Of a stretch of 64,000 nucleotides of DNA, positions 29,861-43,586 are shown piece after piece. The number at the start of each line of letters is the position of its first letter. Position 1 is the first letter of the stretch. Source of the DNA: Octopus vulgaris (Eukaryota); assembly GCA_951406725.2 (NCBI GenBank), contig OX597827.1, positions 59,954,001 to 60,018,000 on the forward strand, in the 5' to 3' direction. The notes beneath the pieces were generated by a model, which saw only the letters and a list, made by a program, of their open reading frames with translations, did no database searches and was not told the origin of the DNA. The translations under genes and the position numbers were made by a program.

Positions 29861-30180
29861 TATATACATATTCTTACGGGTTTAATGAAATAAGAATCAG
29901 TTATGTAATGGGGTCAATTTAATTTACTATGCTCACCATCCTTATTAAATCTGTGCCGTTTTGCCTGTTTCAGAATGCATAATAGGAGAAGGATGTATGA
30001 ATGGGTGTATGATTGCGTTAAGATGAGATGAAAAAAAAGATAGATTATTGGATAGATAGTTAATTAGCTACATTGGCATACAGATCATATGCATATATGT
30101 ACATGGAGCTTGATACATATACGTACATGAGGCACAAAATATAAAACAAAGAATTATATAGGGAGATATTATATGTCATC

Positions 30181-30440
30181 TGTCACAGCTTCCCCTGCAG
30201 CACCTTGGTGTTGTCAGCAACTAGCCCAGGCTCCGCTGCCCGTCAGACTAAGAAATGCAAACTGTCAAAGTATCGGTAGCTCTTTGACAGGTTTATGGTC
30301 GAGCCTGTGGAAGTGGAAACCGCCAGTGCTCTCGGACCCAGTGCCATATCCCTGCTCACTGCTAAGGGGACGGAGATTTCTGTCCGAAAGTGCGATCCCC
30401 CTGAGTTGGACTGGTTGTTCCAGCGCATCTCTGTAACCAC
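30181..30440 (+). pseudogene. CRE-like non-LTR retrotransposon restriction-like endonuclease fragment
   Basis: PGSAARQTKKCKLSKYR*LFDRFMVEPVEVETASALGPSAISLL...DWLFQRISV resembles the K..KY...P.AVET.G..GP.A...FQRLSV RLE region; in-frame stop. Confidence 0.65.
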
Positions 30441-30902
30441 CCCACCCACCCCATCCCCTGGGAAACATCTTTTCCATTTTATATGCTGGTGCCATGAGAA
30501 ATGTTTCAATATTGTGAGAGGCAAGATGTTGAAATAAGACGAGTTGGCAGAATTGTTAGCTCACTGGACAAAATGCTTAGCTCCATTCTTCTGCCCAGTT
30601 ACGTTTTGAGTTCAAATCCCGCTGAGGTTGACTTTGTCTTTCATCCTTGTGATGTCTTATTTCGACAGCTGTTTCAAGAAGGCACGAGTTACATAATAAC
30701 CTTATTTTTTTCCGGTGATATTTGCATAACTTCAACTGATTGATCACCAGTTACATATCTATATGTGCATAGATACATACACACACATATACACTCATAC
30801 ATCCCTTCTAAATTCATATATATATATATATGTTAACATATGGTGTCATTATAAACAGGGAAAATTTTTACCCATTTCTCCACAGACTGAAAAACAGGAA
30901 CA

Positions 30903-30945
30903 ACTTTAATCGATTTTCGAACCATACTGGGTTCTCATCAGAGGC
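30903..30945 (-). ncRNA. Minimal type I hammerhead
   Basis: GCCU-CUGAUGA-GAACC(caguau)GGUUC-GAAAA-UCGA-UUA-AAGU. Confidence 0.7.
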
Positions 30946-31206
30946 GCCTACATCATTTTGAAAATCTCCAGAGAAACAGGCAGCCAAAATGTTTACATAC
31001 TCAACAAATGCAGCAGTTACTCTATGAAGGAGTCCCTAATTTGCATACCGAAAGTGTTTAACACTATAAATACTAGCGGCCTATCAACGGGTATGTTCGT
31101 CTACACACTATCAAGGTATGATATAATAGATATGTAACATATGGTATAATTATAAGCAGGACAAATTTTAGCTATTTCTCCGTAGACTGGAAAGAAATTA
31201 TGAACA

Positions 31207-31249
31207 ACCTTAATCGATTTTCGAACCTTACTGGGTTCTCATCAGCAGA
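31207..31249 (-). ncRNA. Minimal type I hammerhead (second unit)
   Basis: ucug-CUGAUGA-GAACC(caguaa)GGUUC-GAAAA-UCGA-UUA-AGGU. Confidence 0.7.
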
Positions 31250-31834
31250 GTCTACATAATTCCGACAGTCTCCAGAGAAATAAGTAGCTAAAGTGCTTAT
31301 ATACTCAACAAATGCAACAGTTACTCTATGAAGGAGTCCTTAATGTGCATATCGAAAGTCTTTAACACTCTTTCCAAATTCACTTCACAAGTTGTTAGTC
31401 GGCTCGAGGCTATATAGTAAAGGACACTCAACCGCCAAGGTGTTGCACAGTAGGATTTAATCCTACACCACATAGTTGAAAAGCGGGCTTCTCAACTCCT
31501 ACAGCCACGTAAGTACAAGCTCTTCAGGGAAATTGTCTAATATATTTTCGTGTATTTTATTTTATTTGATTGCTGTATTAAGCTAGAATAGCAAATGTTC
31601 CTTTAACGAAAGATCTGTGTCAGCTTCGGTTTCAAGTGTCTCTTCTCAAATTCGTTAGTTATCCTAATGATGTTTTGATTCTGGTGTTCGCAAACTTGAT
31701 CGAGATAGGCGCTGGCCTTTTTTCTCTGCTGGAAATGTTGCTCCAGTGTTACACGATCAGCCACATATGTGTATATAGGTATGTAGATAGGTATGTATAT
31801 GCATATATATATATATATATATGTGTATGTATAC

Positions 31835-31916
<82 letters not shown>

Positions 31917-32376
31917 ATGTATGTATGTTTGTATTATGCATGTATATATATACAGGTATATATATATATACATTAGTACTTTAATTATATATACGTATTT
32001 AATTGCGTACATTTGTATGTACGTTTGTATGCATGTACGTATGTATATATGTATGTAGGAATGTATTTAAATATCTATGTATCCATATACGTATGGGTGT
32101 TTGTAGAGAGGTGTGCATGAATATATGTATGCATGTATGTATACATGTATGTACTCATCGATGTGTCTGTGGATCTGTGTATGCTTCTTATTGAGAGAGA
32201 GTGTGTGTGTTTTTGTATGTATTGCGTGCGTGCTTGTATATCAGCGTGTAACTATGTATGTGCAACTAAGTATGGCTAAAAGAATAAACAGATTTTCCAT
32301 GTATATATGAATATATGCCTGTTTATAAGACTGCTTGAATGTGTCCCTTTATCTATGCATGTATATGTATGCAAGC

Positions 32377-32415
<39 letters not shown>

Positions 32416-32529
32416 TAAATGGGTACAGGACGTCACCAACAGTAAGCAACATGAAATACGAAAACAAACAAGTTAAATACGCAAATAACGAGAGAAAAAG
32501 AAAGGGCAAGTAATACAAAGAATGACCCT

Positions 32530-32606
32530 TCATCAGTTGTCGGCTGTATATCTACTCCCTATTTCGAGCAATCAGCGACAATATGAGTCTTCGAAAACAG
32601 TTGCTC
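32530..32606 (-). ncRNA. Non-circularly permuted hammerhead, family B
   Basis: GAGCAA-CUGU-uuucgaag-ACUCAU-A-UUGUCG-cuga-UUGCUC-GAA-AU(agg)GAGU-agauau-ACAG-c-CGACAA-CUGAUGA; lies in an element at about 32413-32705. Confidence 0.75.
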
Positions 32607-32729
32607 CTATAAATGCCAAAATGTAATTTTTGATTTATGGAGGGTCAATGTTAGGCACAAAAACATGACAGTGGAGACATACAGGGAAACTGAACGGAAA
32701 CAAACATGGAGGGTCGTTAAACCTGAACG

Positions 32730-33076
<347 letters not shown>

Positions 33077-33112
33077 AATGGAGTTGAACGAAGATGTTAA
33101 CAAAATTCCTTT

Positions 33113-33196
33113 ACTCTCGACATATGTTTCGAAGACAACATGGTTTTATTCCAAAGGAATAAACGGTGTAACATGCAATTTTCTCATCAGGAAAGC
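33113..33196 (-). ncRNA. Canonical minimal type I hammerhead (GUC site)
   Basis: GCUUUC-CUGAUGA-GAAAAU...GUCUUC-GAAAC-AUAU-GUC-GAGAGU; palindromic ACAUAUGU; predicted cut between 33119 and 33118. Confidence 0.8.
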
Positions 33197-34198
33197 AAGA
33201 GAGCCTCTCTCAACAAGACAAAAAAATAATTACGATGACTGCCTACATGGTAAACAAAACGTTAATAAGTGTTTAAAAAACCGTTTGTAGAATTGACGTC
33301 AAAGTTAGATAGTAGGAAGAGAAGGGTTAAAGGAATAATAAGTAGGGAACAAATAGAAAGGGAGGGGTACGGTGATTAAAAGAATGTTCAAAGGCTTAGG
33401 AAAGAATTTCTCTATTGAAGTGGAGTACACGTTAAACTAATTATTCAAACTATAATGACTATCGAAATCATTTATATGAGTAAAAAGTATATATATATAT
33501 ATATATATATACATATATAACAGGCTTCTTTTAGTTTCCATATATATATATGAGAAGTACAGATTCTCAGTAGCCGCATACTGGCAACTTTTTCCGTTTT
33601 CTTTGTGTTTTTACTCAATTTTCTTTCTCAGTTATCCCGCGTTCGAAATCTACTTTATTCTGTGTAATGTGTGTGTGTGTTTGCGTGTGTAGATACGAGA
33701 GCGAGAGCTAGAGTGTGTGTACGTGTTTGTGCGACTGTAGTTTAACGTGTGTAGAGAAGTATTCGTCTCTCTTCCCCGATTCCATTTTTCAATGTTTGTT
33801 TTAACTAGCCGCCTGCGTGATGGCGAGGTCGTAAAAACAAACTAATAATAATAATTATAATAATAATAATAATAATAATAATATTAATAATAATAATAAT
33901 AATAATAGCAACAACAACAACAACAGCCACAACAACACCAACAACAGCAAAAGCAGCAAGAAGGACATCATAAATCATGATCAACTGTCTCGTTTATTTC
34001 AGCCATTCACCCCTTAAATTTTCAGGTCTTTATTGCCCCAGATACGGTGACCATCTGTACCCAATAAATTATAGAGTTACATTCTTTCCTCTGTATTCCA
34101 ACTCCAGAATACTTTGATCTGACTGAGCTGGGGGCATAACCTGCAGTTCCAATGATAAAACGAGGAAAGTTTATAATGCATTATTAGAACTGGATTTG

Positions 34199-34785
34199 AG
34201 GTGGCGAGCTGACAGAATTTTTTCGCAGGCCGGAAGAAATGCTGAGCAGAATTTCGTCCGTCTTTACGTTCTGAGTTCAATTTCCGCCGAGGTCGACTTT
34301 GCCTTTCATCCTTTCGGGGTCGATAAATTAAGTACCAGTTACGCACTGGGGTCGATGTAATCGACTTAATCCCTTTGTCTGTCCTTGTTTGTCTCCCCTA
34401 TGTTTAGTCTCTTGTGAGCAGTAAAGAAATAAGAATTTCGTCTGTCTTTACGTTCTGAGTTCAAATGCTGTCGAGGTCGACTTTGCCTTTCATCCTTCGG
34501 GGTCGATAAATTAAGTACCAGTTACGCACTGGGGTCGATGTAATCGACTTAATCCCTTTGTCTGTCCTTGTTTGTCTCCCCTATGTTTAGCCTCTTGTGA
34601 GCAGTAAAGAAATAAGAATTTCGTCTGTCTTTACGTTCTAAGTTCAAATGCTGTCGAGGCCCATTTTACTTTTCATCGTTTTGGGGTCGATAAAATAATT
34701 ACCAGTTGAGCACTGGGTTCGATGTAGTCCACTATCCCCTACACCTAATTTTCAGGTCTTGTACATATAGTGGAAATGATTATTG
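34199..34785 (+). mobile_element. SINE S2 array with two internal units of about 184 bp ending in a Tx1-like tail
   Basis: Junction agaatttcgtc at 34248, 34432 and 34615. Confidence 0.85.
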
Positions 34786-35899
34786 GAACTACTTTTTAAA
34801 GCGGCGAGCTTGGCAGAATCTTTAGCACGCAGGACAAAATGCTTCGCGGTAGTTCGTCTTTCATGCTTTCAGAGTTGATGAAATAAACACCAGTTGAGTA
34901 CTGGGGTTCGATGTAATCAATTATCACCCGACCCTTTAATTTCAGGCCTTGTGCATATAAGTGAAAAGATTTATATTAATGTTGTTGTTGTTTTGGTGGT
35001 GGTGGTGGCGGTGGTGGTGGTGGTAGCGACGGCGGCAGGCAGTGGTAGTAGTGGTGGTGGTGGTGGTGGTGGTGGTGGTAGTGGTAGTAGCGACGGCAGC
35101 GGGCAGTGGTGGTAGTGGTGGGGGGGGTAGCGACGGTGGAGGGCAGTGGTAGTGGTGGTGGTGGTGGTGGTAGTGGTAGCGACGGCGGCGGGTAGTGGTA
35201 GCGATGGTGGCGGGCAGTGGTGGTAGTGGTGGTGGGGGGGTTAGCGACGGTGGAGGGCAGTGGTAGTGGTGATGGTGGTGGTGGTAGTGGTAACGACGGC
35301 GGCGGGTAGTGGTAGCGATGGCAGCAAGCAGTGGTAGTAGTGGTGATGGTGGTGGTAGCGCCAATGGAGGGCAGTGGCAGTGGTGGTGGAGGTAGTTGTA
35401 GCGATAGCGGTGGGCAGTGGTAGTAGTGGTGATGGTGGTGGTAGTGGTGGTTTATTAAAGTTACAATCTATTGCGGAATATCGTCGATTTCTGATGGTCA
35501 AAAAGCTCGGAAGAAAATACCCTTCAAGAACTGAGAGACACTCTGAAAAAGCGAACCACCACTGAAAAATAACATTGGAGGTTATGTATCGACAGTTGGG
35601 TGGGAGAGACATTGATGGAAAGAACTATGCTGATAGAGGAACCAAAAATTTAGCCAAATTGTAGTTAAAGTAAGAAATTTAATTTTTGATATGTATCTTC
35701 TTTTGGGGAAGATATCTTATGCATGCGTATGTATGCATGCATATATTTAGGTATGTTTGTATGCATGTTTGTATGCACGTATGTATGTATGCATGTATAA
35801 ATGTATACAGGTATGTATGTATGTTTGTAGGTAATCATGTATGTATATATGTATGTATGCATGTATGTATGCACGTATGTATGTGTGTATGTATGTATG

Positions 35900-36420
35900 T
35901 AACCCAGTACTACCTGTTGCATGGTCGGGTCGTCGGCGACTAAACCGGCAACCCCACCAAGCTTGCTTGGTGAGGAGGGTGTTTTTTGGTCACCCTGCAG
36001 GATGAAAAACAAAACCCGTCAAAAGGCGGAGGAACTCTTGAGAGTCAACGGCCATCCAATAAATGTCTTAAAGCTGTATCATGCGCGTGGACAGAAATAA
36101 TCGGATTGAATACCCGATCGCGCAGTTAAACCATTGGGAGTGAAGGACTCCTAGCCTTTGTCAGGGCATCCTTCTAGGAGAAGGCAATTCAGGTAACTGG
36201 GATAACTTCGACATAAAACCTGCGGCTCAGTGGTTACTGATGATGTTGACTTGTTCTTCTTTTCGGATTATGGCTGCTGTTGCTTAGTGAGTGGGATTGA
36301 CTCAGTGCACAGCCTTTCCTCACTTAAAAAAAAATATCTTCTTGCACAGGCATTGCACGATAACAACATTGATTAAGCTTCGTGCAATGGCCATACTCGA
36401 TAACGAGGGGGCAGCCACCA
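35900..36420 (+). mobile_element. Probable RTE-derived non-autonomous element
   Basis: Contains gtcagggcatccttctaggagaaggcaattc, resembling the conserved RTE 5'-UTR motif; several hairpins, no ORF, SSR flanks. Confidence 0.45.
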
Positions 36421-36459
36421 TATATGTTTGTAGGTTTGCATGTATGTATATATATATAT

Positions 36460-36682
36460 ATATATAAAAAAGGAAATGAAGAAAATGCTGACAAATAATT
36501 GAAGTAATTTAAGTAATTTAATTAGGTGAATGTTCTTTTACCGGTTTGCGCATTTGTTATGCTTATCAATATTTTGATAAGCATAACAAATGCGCAACCG
36601 GTAAAAGAACATTCACCTAATTAAATTACTTAAATTACTTCAATTATTTGTCAGCATTTTCTTCATTTCCTTTTTTATATAT
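36460..36682. repeat. Near-perfect fold-back with arms of about 110 bp and a 4-nt spacer
   Basis: Centre TTATCAA-tatt-TTGATAA at 36563-36580; arms differ by one indel. Confidence 0.9.
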
Positions 36683-36711
36683 CACCACTCGTGTTCGACA
36701 TCTCCTTTTTT

Positions 36712-36746
<35 letters not shown>

Positions 36747-36816
36747 AAACGGGGGGGGGGGGGTGCACGTAACGCCGCAATAATATAAGAATAAATGTTT
36801 TTATATATAAAGAACG

Positions 36817-36872
<56 letters not shown>

Positions 36873-37005
36873 TGTATGTATGCGTGTATGTATGCGCGTA
36901 TGAATGTATGGAGGTATAGATGTATGTATATATGTATACATGTATGTATGTATGTGTGTATGCATGCCCTAAACACTGGGCCATTGCGCCTCCACACGTA
37001 CATAT

Positions 37006-37042
<37 letters not shown>

Positions 37043-37400
37043 AGTAGTATGTATGTATATACAAACACACGAACACACGCACACACACACACATATATAT
37101 ATGCTTATATATAAACATCATATATATATACTTATATACAAACTTTTTAAATATATATATATACATATATATATATAATATATATTATATATATATATAT
37201 ATACATACACATGCGTAAGGTGTGACATACCTCTACATATATGTATATATCTATATGTCTGTTCCCATACATATATATAAATATATGTATGTATGTAGGC
37301 ATGTATGTGTGTATATATGCATGTATGAGTATGTCTGTATGTCTGTATGTCTGTATATATATATACACACACATATATATGCATATACACATATATACAT

Positions 37401-37439
<39 letters not shown>

Positions 37440-37588
37440 CGTATATTTTCATATACATACATCCATACATATATATGTATATATATATATATATATATAA
37501 CGGGAAGCTTTATGAAAATAGACATATATATATATATATATATATCCACACATATGTGTGTGTGTCTGTGTGTCTGGTGTCTGTGTAT

Positions 37589-37623
<35 letters not shown>

Positions 37624-37907
37624 ACGGAAAAAAAATACTCAAGTCAAGTAAGCAAAGTGTAGGTAATTTAATTGGCGCAGCCGTTAGTGTTCGGATGACT
37701 TTCATAGCGGAATGAAAACAATAACAAACATTCGCAGATAAAAATATCCGGCGTATTTTCATCTCTGATTGTTATTGTTTTTGTTACGCCATGACAGAAA
37801 TCTGAAGACGTTTGTATACGTAGAAACTCCGAGTAATCAGTAACGACTTTGACTCAGCCAATTAAATTATATATACCCACACATGTATGCACTTACATAA
37901 ATACATA

Positions 37908-37965
<58 letters not shown>

Positions 37966-38042
37966 TGTATGTATGCATGTATGTATGTATGTAAGTATGT
38001 ATGTATGTATGTATATATATGTATGTATGTATTACATATATG

Positions 38043-38132
<90 letters not shown>

Positions 38133-38139
38133 TATATAC

Positions 38140-38717
38140 GGCAGAAACGTTAGCACGTCGGACGAAATACTTCGCGGTATTTTTAGTCTGTCTTTATGTT
38201 CTGAGTTCAAATTGCGCCGAGGTCGACTTTGCCTTTCATCCTTTCGGGGTCTATAAATCAAATACCAGTTACGCACTGGGGCCGATGTAATCGACTTAAT
38301 ACCTATGTCTGTCCTTGTTTGTCCCCTCTGCGTTTAGCCCCTTGTGGGCAATAAAGAAATAGGTATTTAGTCTGTCTTTATGTTCTGAGTTCAAATTGCG
38401 CCGAGGTCGACTTTGCCTTTCATCCTTTCGGGGTCGATAAATTAGGTACCAGTTTACGCACTGGGGTCGATATAATCGACTTAATCCGTTTGTCTCTCCT
38501 TGTTTGTCCTCTCTGTGTTTAGCCCCTTGTGGGTAGTAAAGAAATAGGTATTTCGTCGGTCCTTACGTTCAGAGTTCAAATTCCGCCGGGCTCGACTTTA
38601 CCCTTCATCCTTTCGGGATTCAATAAATTAAGCACCAGTTGCGTAGTGCGATAGATCTAATCAACTGGCCCCCACCCCTAAAAATTTCGGGCCTTGTAAC
38701 TAGAGTAGAAAGCAATA
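38140..38717 (+). mobile_element. SINE S2 array with two internal units of about 185 bp ending in a Tx1-like tail
   Basis: Junction ggtattt at 38176, 38362 and 38547. Confidence 0.85.
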
Positions 38718-38929
38718 TCCCGTTTGAAAGTTTTACTTAAAAACTGAATCGGCTGTCTTGAATAGAATTCCTTAAGTTTAATCTTCTATCGTCCTGAGTT
38801 CAAATCCCGCTAGGTTCCACTTTATTTTTCATCCCTTACTTTTTTATAATATAGAAGTCGATAAATTTTAGTCCCGTTCAGGTACTGCTGTTGGTTTTTC
38901 TCTCCCTTTTTCACATGCCCCACCTATCT

Positions 38930-38983
<54 letters not shown>

Positions 38984-39298
38984 CCTCCCCCTATCTCTCA
39001 CACACACACTAAGAAATCTTCATCGTCCAGACTTAATTGACTGTAGCCTCCCTCCTAGCTGCTCAAATTTAACGGGCTGTGGTCTCCCTCCAAGTCCATT
39101 CAAAATTTACGCTCGATGTTTAAATTTTGGTGACGGGAGAATCGATTGCATCAACTCCAGTGGCATTTCTTCGGACTCTTTACGTTCTGAGTTCAAATTC
39201 CTCCCTGGTCAACTTTGTATTTCATCCTTTCGGGATCGATAAATTTTTTAGATACCAGTCATGTACTAAGGATGATGCAGTTGACTAACCCTCTCCCG

Positions 39299-39351
<53 letters not shown>

Positions 39352-39352
<1 letters not shown>

Positions 39353-39764
39353 CTTTACTCTTTTTACTCTTTTACTTGTTTCAGTCATTTGACTGTGGCC
39401 ATGCTGGAGCACCACCTTTAGTCGAGCAAATCGACCCCAGGACTTATTCTTTGTAAGCCTAGTACTTATTCTATCGGTCTCTTTTGCCGAACCGCTAAGT
39501 TACGGGGACGTATACACACCAGCATCGGTTGTCAAGCGATGTTGGGGGGACAAACACAAACACACAAATACACACACACACACATATAAATACATATATA
39601 CGACGGACTTCTTTCAGTTTCCGTCTACCAAATCCACTCGCAAGGCTTTGGTCAGCCCGTGGCTATAGCAGAAGACACTTGCCCAAAGTGCCACGAAGTG
39701 GGACTGAACTCGGAACCATGTGGTTCGTAAGAAAGCTACTTACCACACAGCCACTCTTACGCCT
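39352..39764 (-). mobile_element. SINE S1, full length
   Basis: Complete reverse complement of S1. Confidence 0.9.
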
Positions 39765-40395
39765 AAGAAGGTTAGAGGTTGTGAATCCAACCAACTAAGG
39801 GATAATGTCTATCCAATATACTGCTGGTAGAATACCCAATTATCAACACACCAGTGTTTTTTATTGCACTGCAATTACATTACCTAGTGTACTAAATGGG
39901 TGAAGGTAAAGAGATATTTTACCATTAATCTATATAGCAATAAGAAAATGGAAGGGATCAATAGGTGGTTCATCAACTTTTAGACATTATATTATGTCAA
40001 CTTATTTATTTATTTACTAATGTGTTAAATCTCTTTACGTTATGAGTTCAAATCTCAATCAGACTGACTCTGATTTCTGGGGGTTGCAAAGAATTAACTT
40101 CCCTAAATCCATATCTCACTGCCTTCTGCTGCCCCCTACCATAAAATCGCCAAGCTTACGTGTACCTCTATGAGTAATCCTTACTAATCCGAGCCCATTC
40201 ATACGGAGAGAGACGAGACTTCATTTTTAGATTTTATGAATAACATTCTCTTTTCTTTGACTTTAATTCAAGTGACACCAAAGTGTCGTCTGGTAAATAG
40301 AGTGTCGTCTGGTAAACAGAAGACATGGACGAACTGAACTCCACCAGTCGTGTCATAGATATCTTGAAATACAACTACTGTGAGGTCAAATAGAC

Positions 40396-40437
<42 letters not shown>

Positions 40438-41341
40438 CGTGTGTGTGTGTGTGTGTGCGTGTGTGTGTGTGCGCATGCGTGTGAGTGTGTATCGATGTAT
40501 GTGTGTACATGTGTGTGTGTGTGTGTGTGTATGTGTGTGCGTGTGTGTGTGTGTGCGTGTGAGTGTGTATGGCTGTATGAGTATATATGTGTGCGTTTGT
40601 GTGAGTGTGTGCATACGTACGTATATATGTATATGTGCCTGTATATGTGTATACATATGTGTGTGTGTATATGCTTGTGTGTGTTTGTATGTGTGCATGT
40701 GTTTGTGTGTGTGTGCGTATATATGTATGTGTCTGTATGTGCGTAAATATATGAGTGTGTGTGTATGTATGTGCGTGTCAGTGTGGGGCGGGTATGTGTG
40801 GAGGTAGAGTGAGTGTGTGTGTGTGTGCGTGTTTCGGTACGCACACGTGAACGCTCACACGCATATCCTTCTACAGTTGGTGCCACGAACAAATACGAGT
40901 GCGCATTTACATCGACTAAATCATATACTGCCATACACGCACACACACACACACACAAGGACGTAACCTCTCTCTCTCCCTCCCTCCCTCTCTCTCTCTT
41001 TCTCAAACATACACACACGCATGCGCGCACGTACAAACATACATAGGTACAAAATTGTTATGAGCTCAGTTATACGCACTTCCGTTGACCCCCACAGATT
41101 TACGATGTCGCACAATAATTGCACACATTATTACATAGACACTGACATACACATACATCAACACATAAGCACACACATGCACACGTGCGCCTGCGCGCAC
41201 ACACACACACACACACACACTCATATGTTAACATGTATCCATAAACGCACACACTGTGTATATCTACCTATCCTTCTATACACACATACACACACACACA
41301 CACACATACATATATATATATGTATGTATGTATGTATGTAT

Positions 41342-42298
41342 ATTCTTTTATTTTTTTACTGGTTCGGTCATCTGGCTGCGGCCATGCTGGAGCACCGCCT
41401 TTAATCGAACGAATCGATCCCATGACTTAATATTTTTAAGGCTAGTATTTATTCTATCGGAGTCTTGTGCCGAACCGCTAAGTTACGAGGAGTGGAGGCG
41501 CGTGGCTTAGTGGTTAGGGTGTCAGCATCATGATCGTAAGATTGTGGTTTCGATTCCTGGACCGGGCGACGCGTTGTGTTTTTGAGCAAAACACTTCATT
41601 TCACGTTGCTCCAGTCCACTCAGCCGGCAAAAATGAGTAACGCTGCGATTGACTGGCGTCCCGTCCAGCTGAGGAACACATTCGCCATTGAAACCGGGAA
41701 AACAGGGACCATGAGCCTGGCTAGGCTTTAAAAGAACGCATTAATTTTGTGGAGGCACATGGCCTAGTGGTTAGAGCAGCGGACTCACGGTCGAAGCATC
41801 CCGTGTTCGATTCTCAGACCGAGCGATGTGTGTGTTTATGAGCGAAACACCTAAGCACCACGCGGCTCCGGCAGAAGGTAATGGCGAACTTCTGTTGACT
41901 CTCACGTCACAACTTTTTCTCACTCTTTTTTCCTGCATCTAGCAGCTCACCTGCGACGAACCGGCGTCCCGTCCAGGTGGGGAACCTATATGCCAAGGAA
42001 ATCGGGAAACTGACCCTTATGAGCCACGCTTGGCTCGAAAAGGAACAAACAAAAAAAAGTTACGAGGGCCGTAAGCACACCAACATCAGTTGTTAAGCGA
42101 TGGTGGGGTGACATACAAACACACATACATACATACATGCATACATACATACATATATATATGTATGTATGTATATATGCTTTGGTCGGTCCGAGGCTAT
42201 AGTAGGCTATAGTAGAAGCCCAATGTGTCACGCAGTGGGACTGAAGCTGGAACGATGTGGTTGGGTAGCAACCTTCATACCACACATTAATGCCTGCG

Positions 42299-42300
<2 letters not shown>
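41342..42300 (-). mobile_element. SINE S1 split by a nested insertion
   Basis: 3' part at 41342-41490, 5' part at 42057-42300. Confidence 0.8.
41491..42056 (+). mobile_element. Head-to-tail pair of tRNA-derived SINEs (S4 then S3, tail type b) inside one 11-bp TSD
   Basis: AAGTTACGAGG at 41480-41490 and 42057-42067; heads gtggaggc at 41492 and 41749. Confidence 0.8.
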
Positions 42301-42364
<64 letters not shown>

Positions 42365-42808
42365 TATGTTGTATTTTGGGACGGTCAGTTTTTGGAGTCA
42401 AATAAATACATGCACTATATATTTTTTCTTCACTCGTTTATTACTGTTCTTATAATATTTTAACTCATGTCCATTGTCCGGAAATTTTTCCTAACACATC
42501 TGTGACCTCTTCAGTGACACTTTTCGTTTCCGTGTGTGTTCTTGGTCCACTTACTCCATTCTGTTCTTCTAAGATGTGTATCTTTATATGCGCATGCGTT
42601 TGTGTCCTTGTTTGTGTATGAGTGTATGTTTGTCTGTGTGGCACACACACACGCACGCACACACACACATATATGCAGGCGTACATACAAAGATAAATAT
42701 ATATGTGTGTGAGTGCCTCTGTGTATGTATGTACGTATATCTATTTGTATGTATGTAGATATGCATATGCATACATACATACATAAATATATATATAGCT
42801 ATATATAC

Positions 42809-42858
<50 letters not shown>

Positions 42859-43006
42859 ACAGACATATATATGTATGTATGTATGCATGTATGTATAGTG
42901 CTTTATTGATACTGAAGCTGAAAGTCTTTTGAGACTCGAGTTTTATGCCATTGCGGTCTTTAGTGTGTGTATGCATGTTTGTATGTATATATACATATAT
43001 ATATAT

Positions 43007-43066
<60 letters not shown>

Positions 43067-43586
43067 TAATTGAACGCCACACATTCATTTCCAAGTAAGT
43101 TTCTCTTCACCTTTTTGATGCGATTCTCTACTCTATATTGTTTTCTTCTTCCATCCGTCTCTAATTCCCTTTTCTCCCCCTCCCCCCTTCACTGTTTTCC
43201 ATCTCTCTCCCCTCTTTCTCTTTTCCACTCTTTCTCTCTGTTTCTCTCTCTCTCTCACTCTCTCGTTGCTGACACGTGACCAGCGTCCATCTTTCCTGCA
43301 CGGACGTTCAAGAGAACGGACGTGTTTTTTTTGTTTTTCTCTCTCTCTTTTATCTTTTCTCTTTTTAAAATAATGTTTCTCACAGCCTTCACTATTTCCC
43401 TCTCGTTCTGGCCTAACGACACTCTATGTTTGTTTACTTTCGGTTTCCTTGTTCAGGTCACTGCTTGGAATCGAACTCGGAATCTTGGGATTAGTAGCCT
43501 GCCGTCTTAACCACTAAATAATGATTAATAACGATAACATCGAAAAATACCTTAGGAATGCGAACCCAGGTTCGAAATTTCCCCAA

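Larger units (their letters stand above)
30834..31368 (-). mobile_element. Retrozyme-like partial tandem repeat (unit about 304 bp, one hammerhead per unit)
   Basis: Homologous blocks at 30834-31067 and 31135-31368, diverged from each other. Confidence 0.75.

Noticed and set aside
34248-34700. CRISPR-like or satellite array
   Set aside because: Units are whole SINE-derived repeats without unique spacers, in a eukaryotic context.
37802-37840. Plus-strand HHR relic CUGAAGA-CGU..ACG-ua-GAAACUC-c-GAGUA
   Set aside because: Stem I is only 2 bp and the stem II junction is distorted; kept only as a relic.
41492-41565. tRNA gene candidates here and at other SINE heads
   Set aside because: A and B boxes are present, but they run into SINE bodies and lack a clean cloverleaf.
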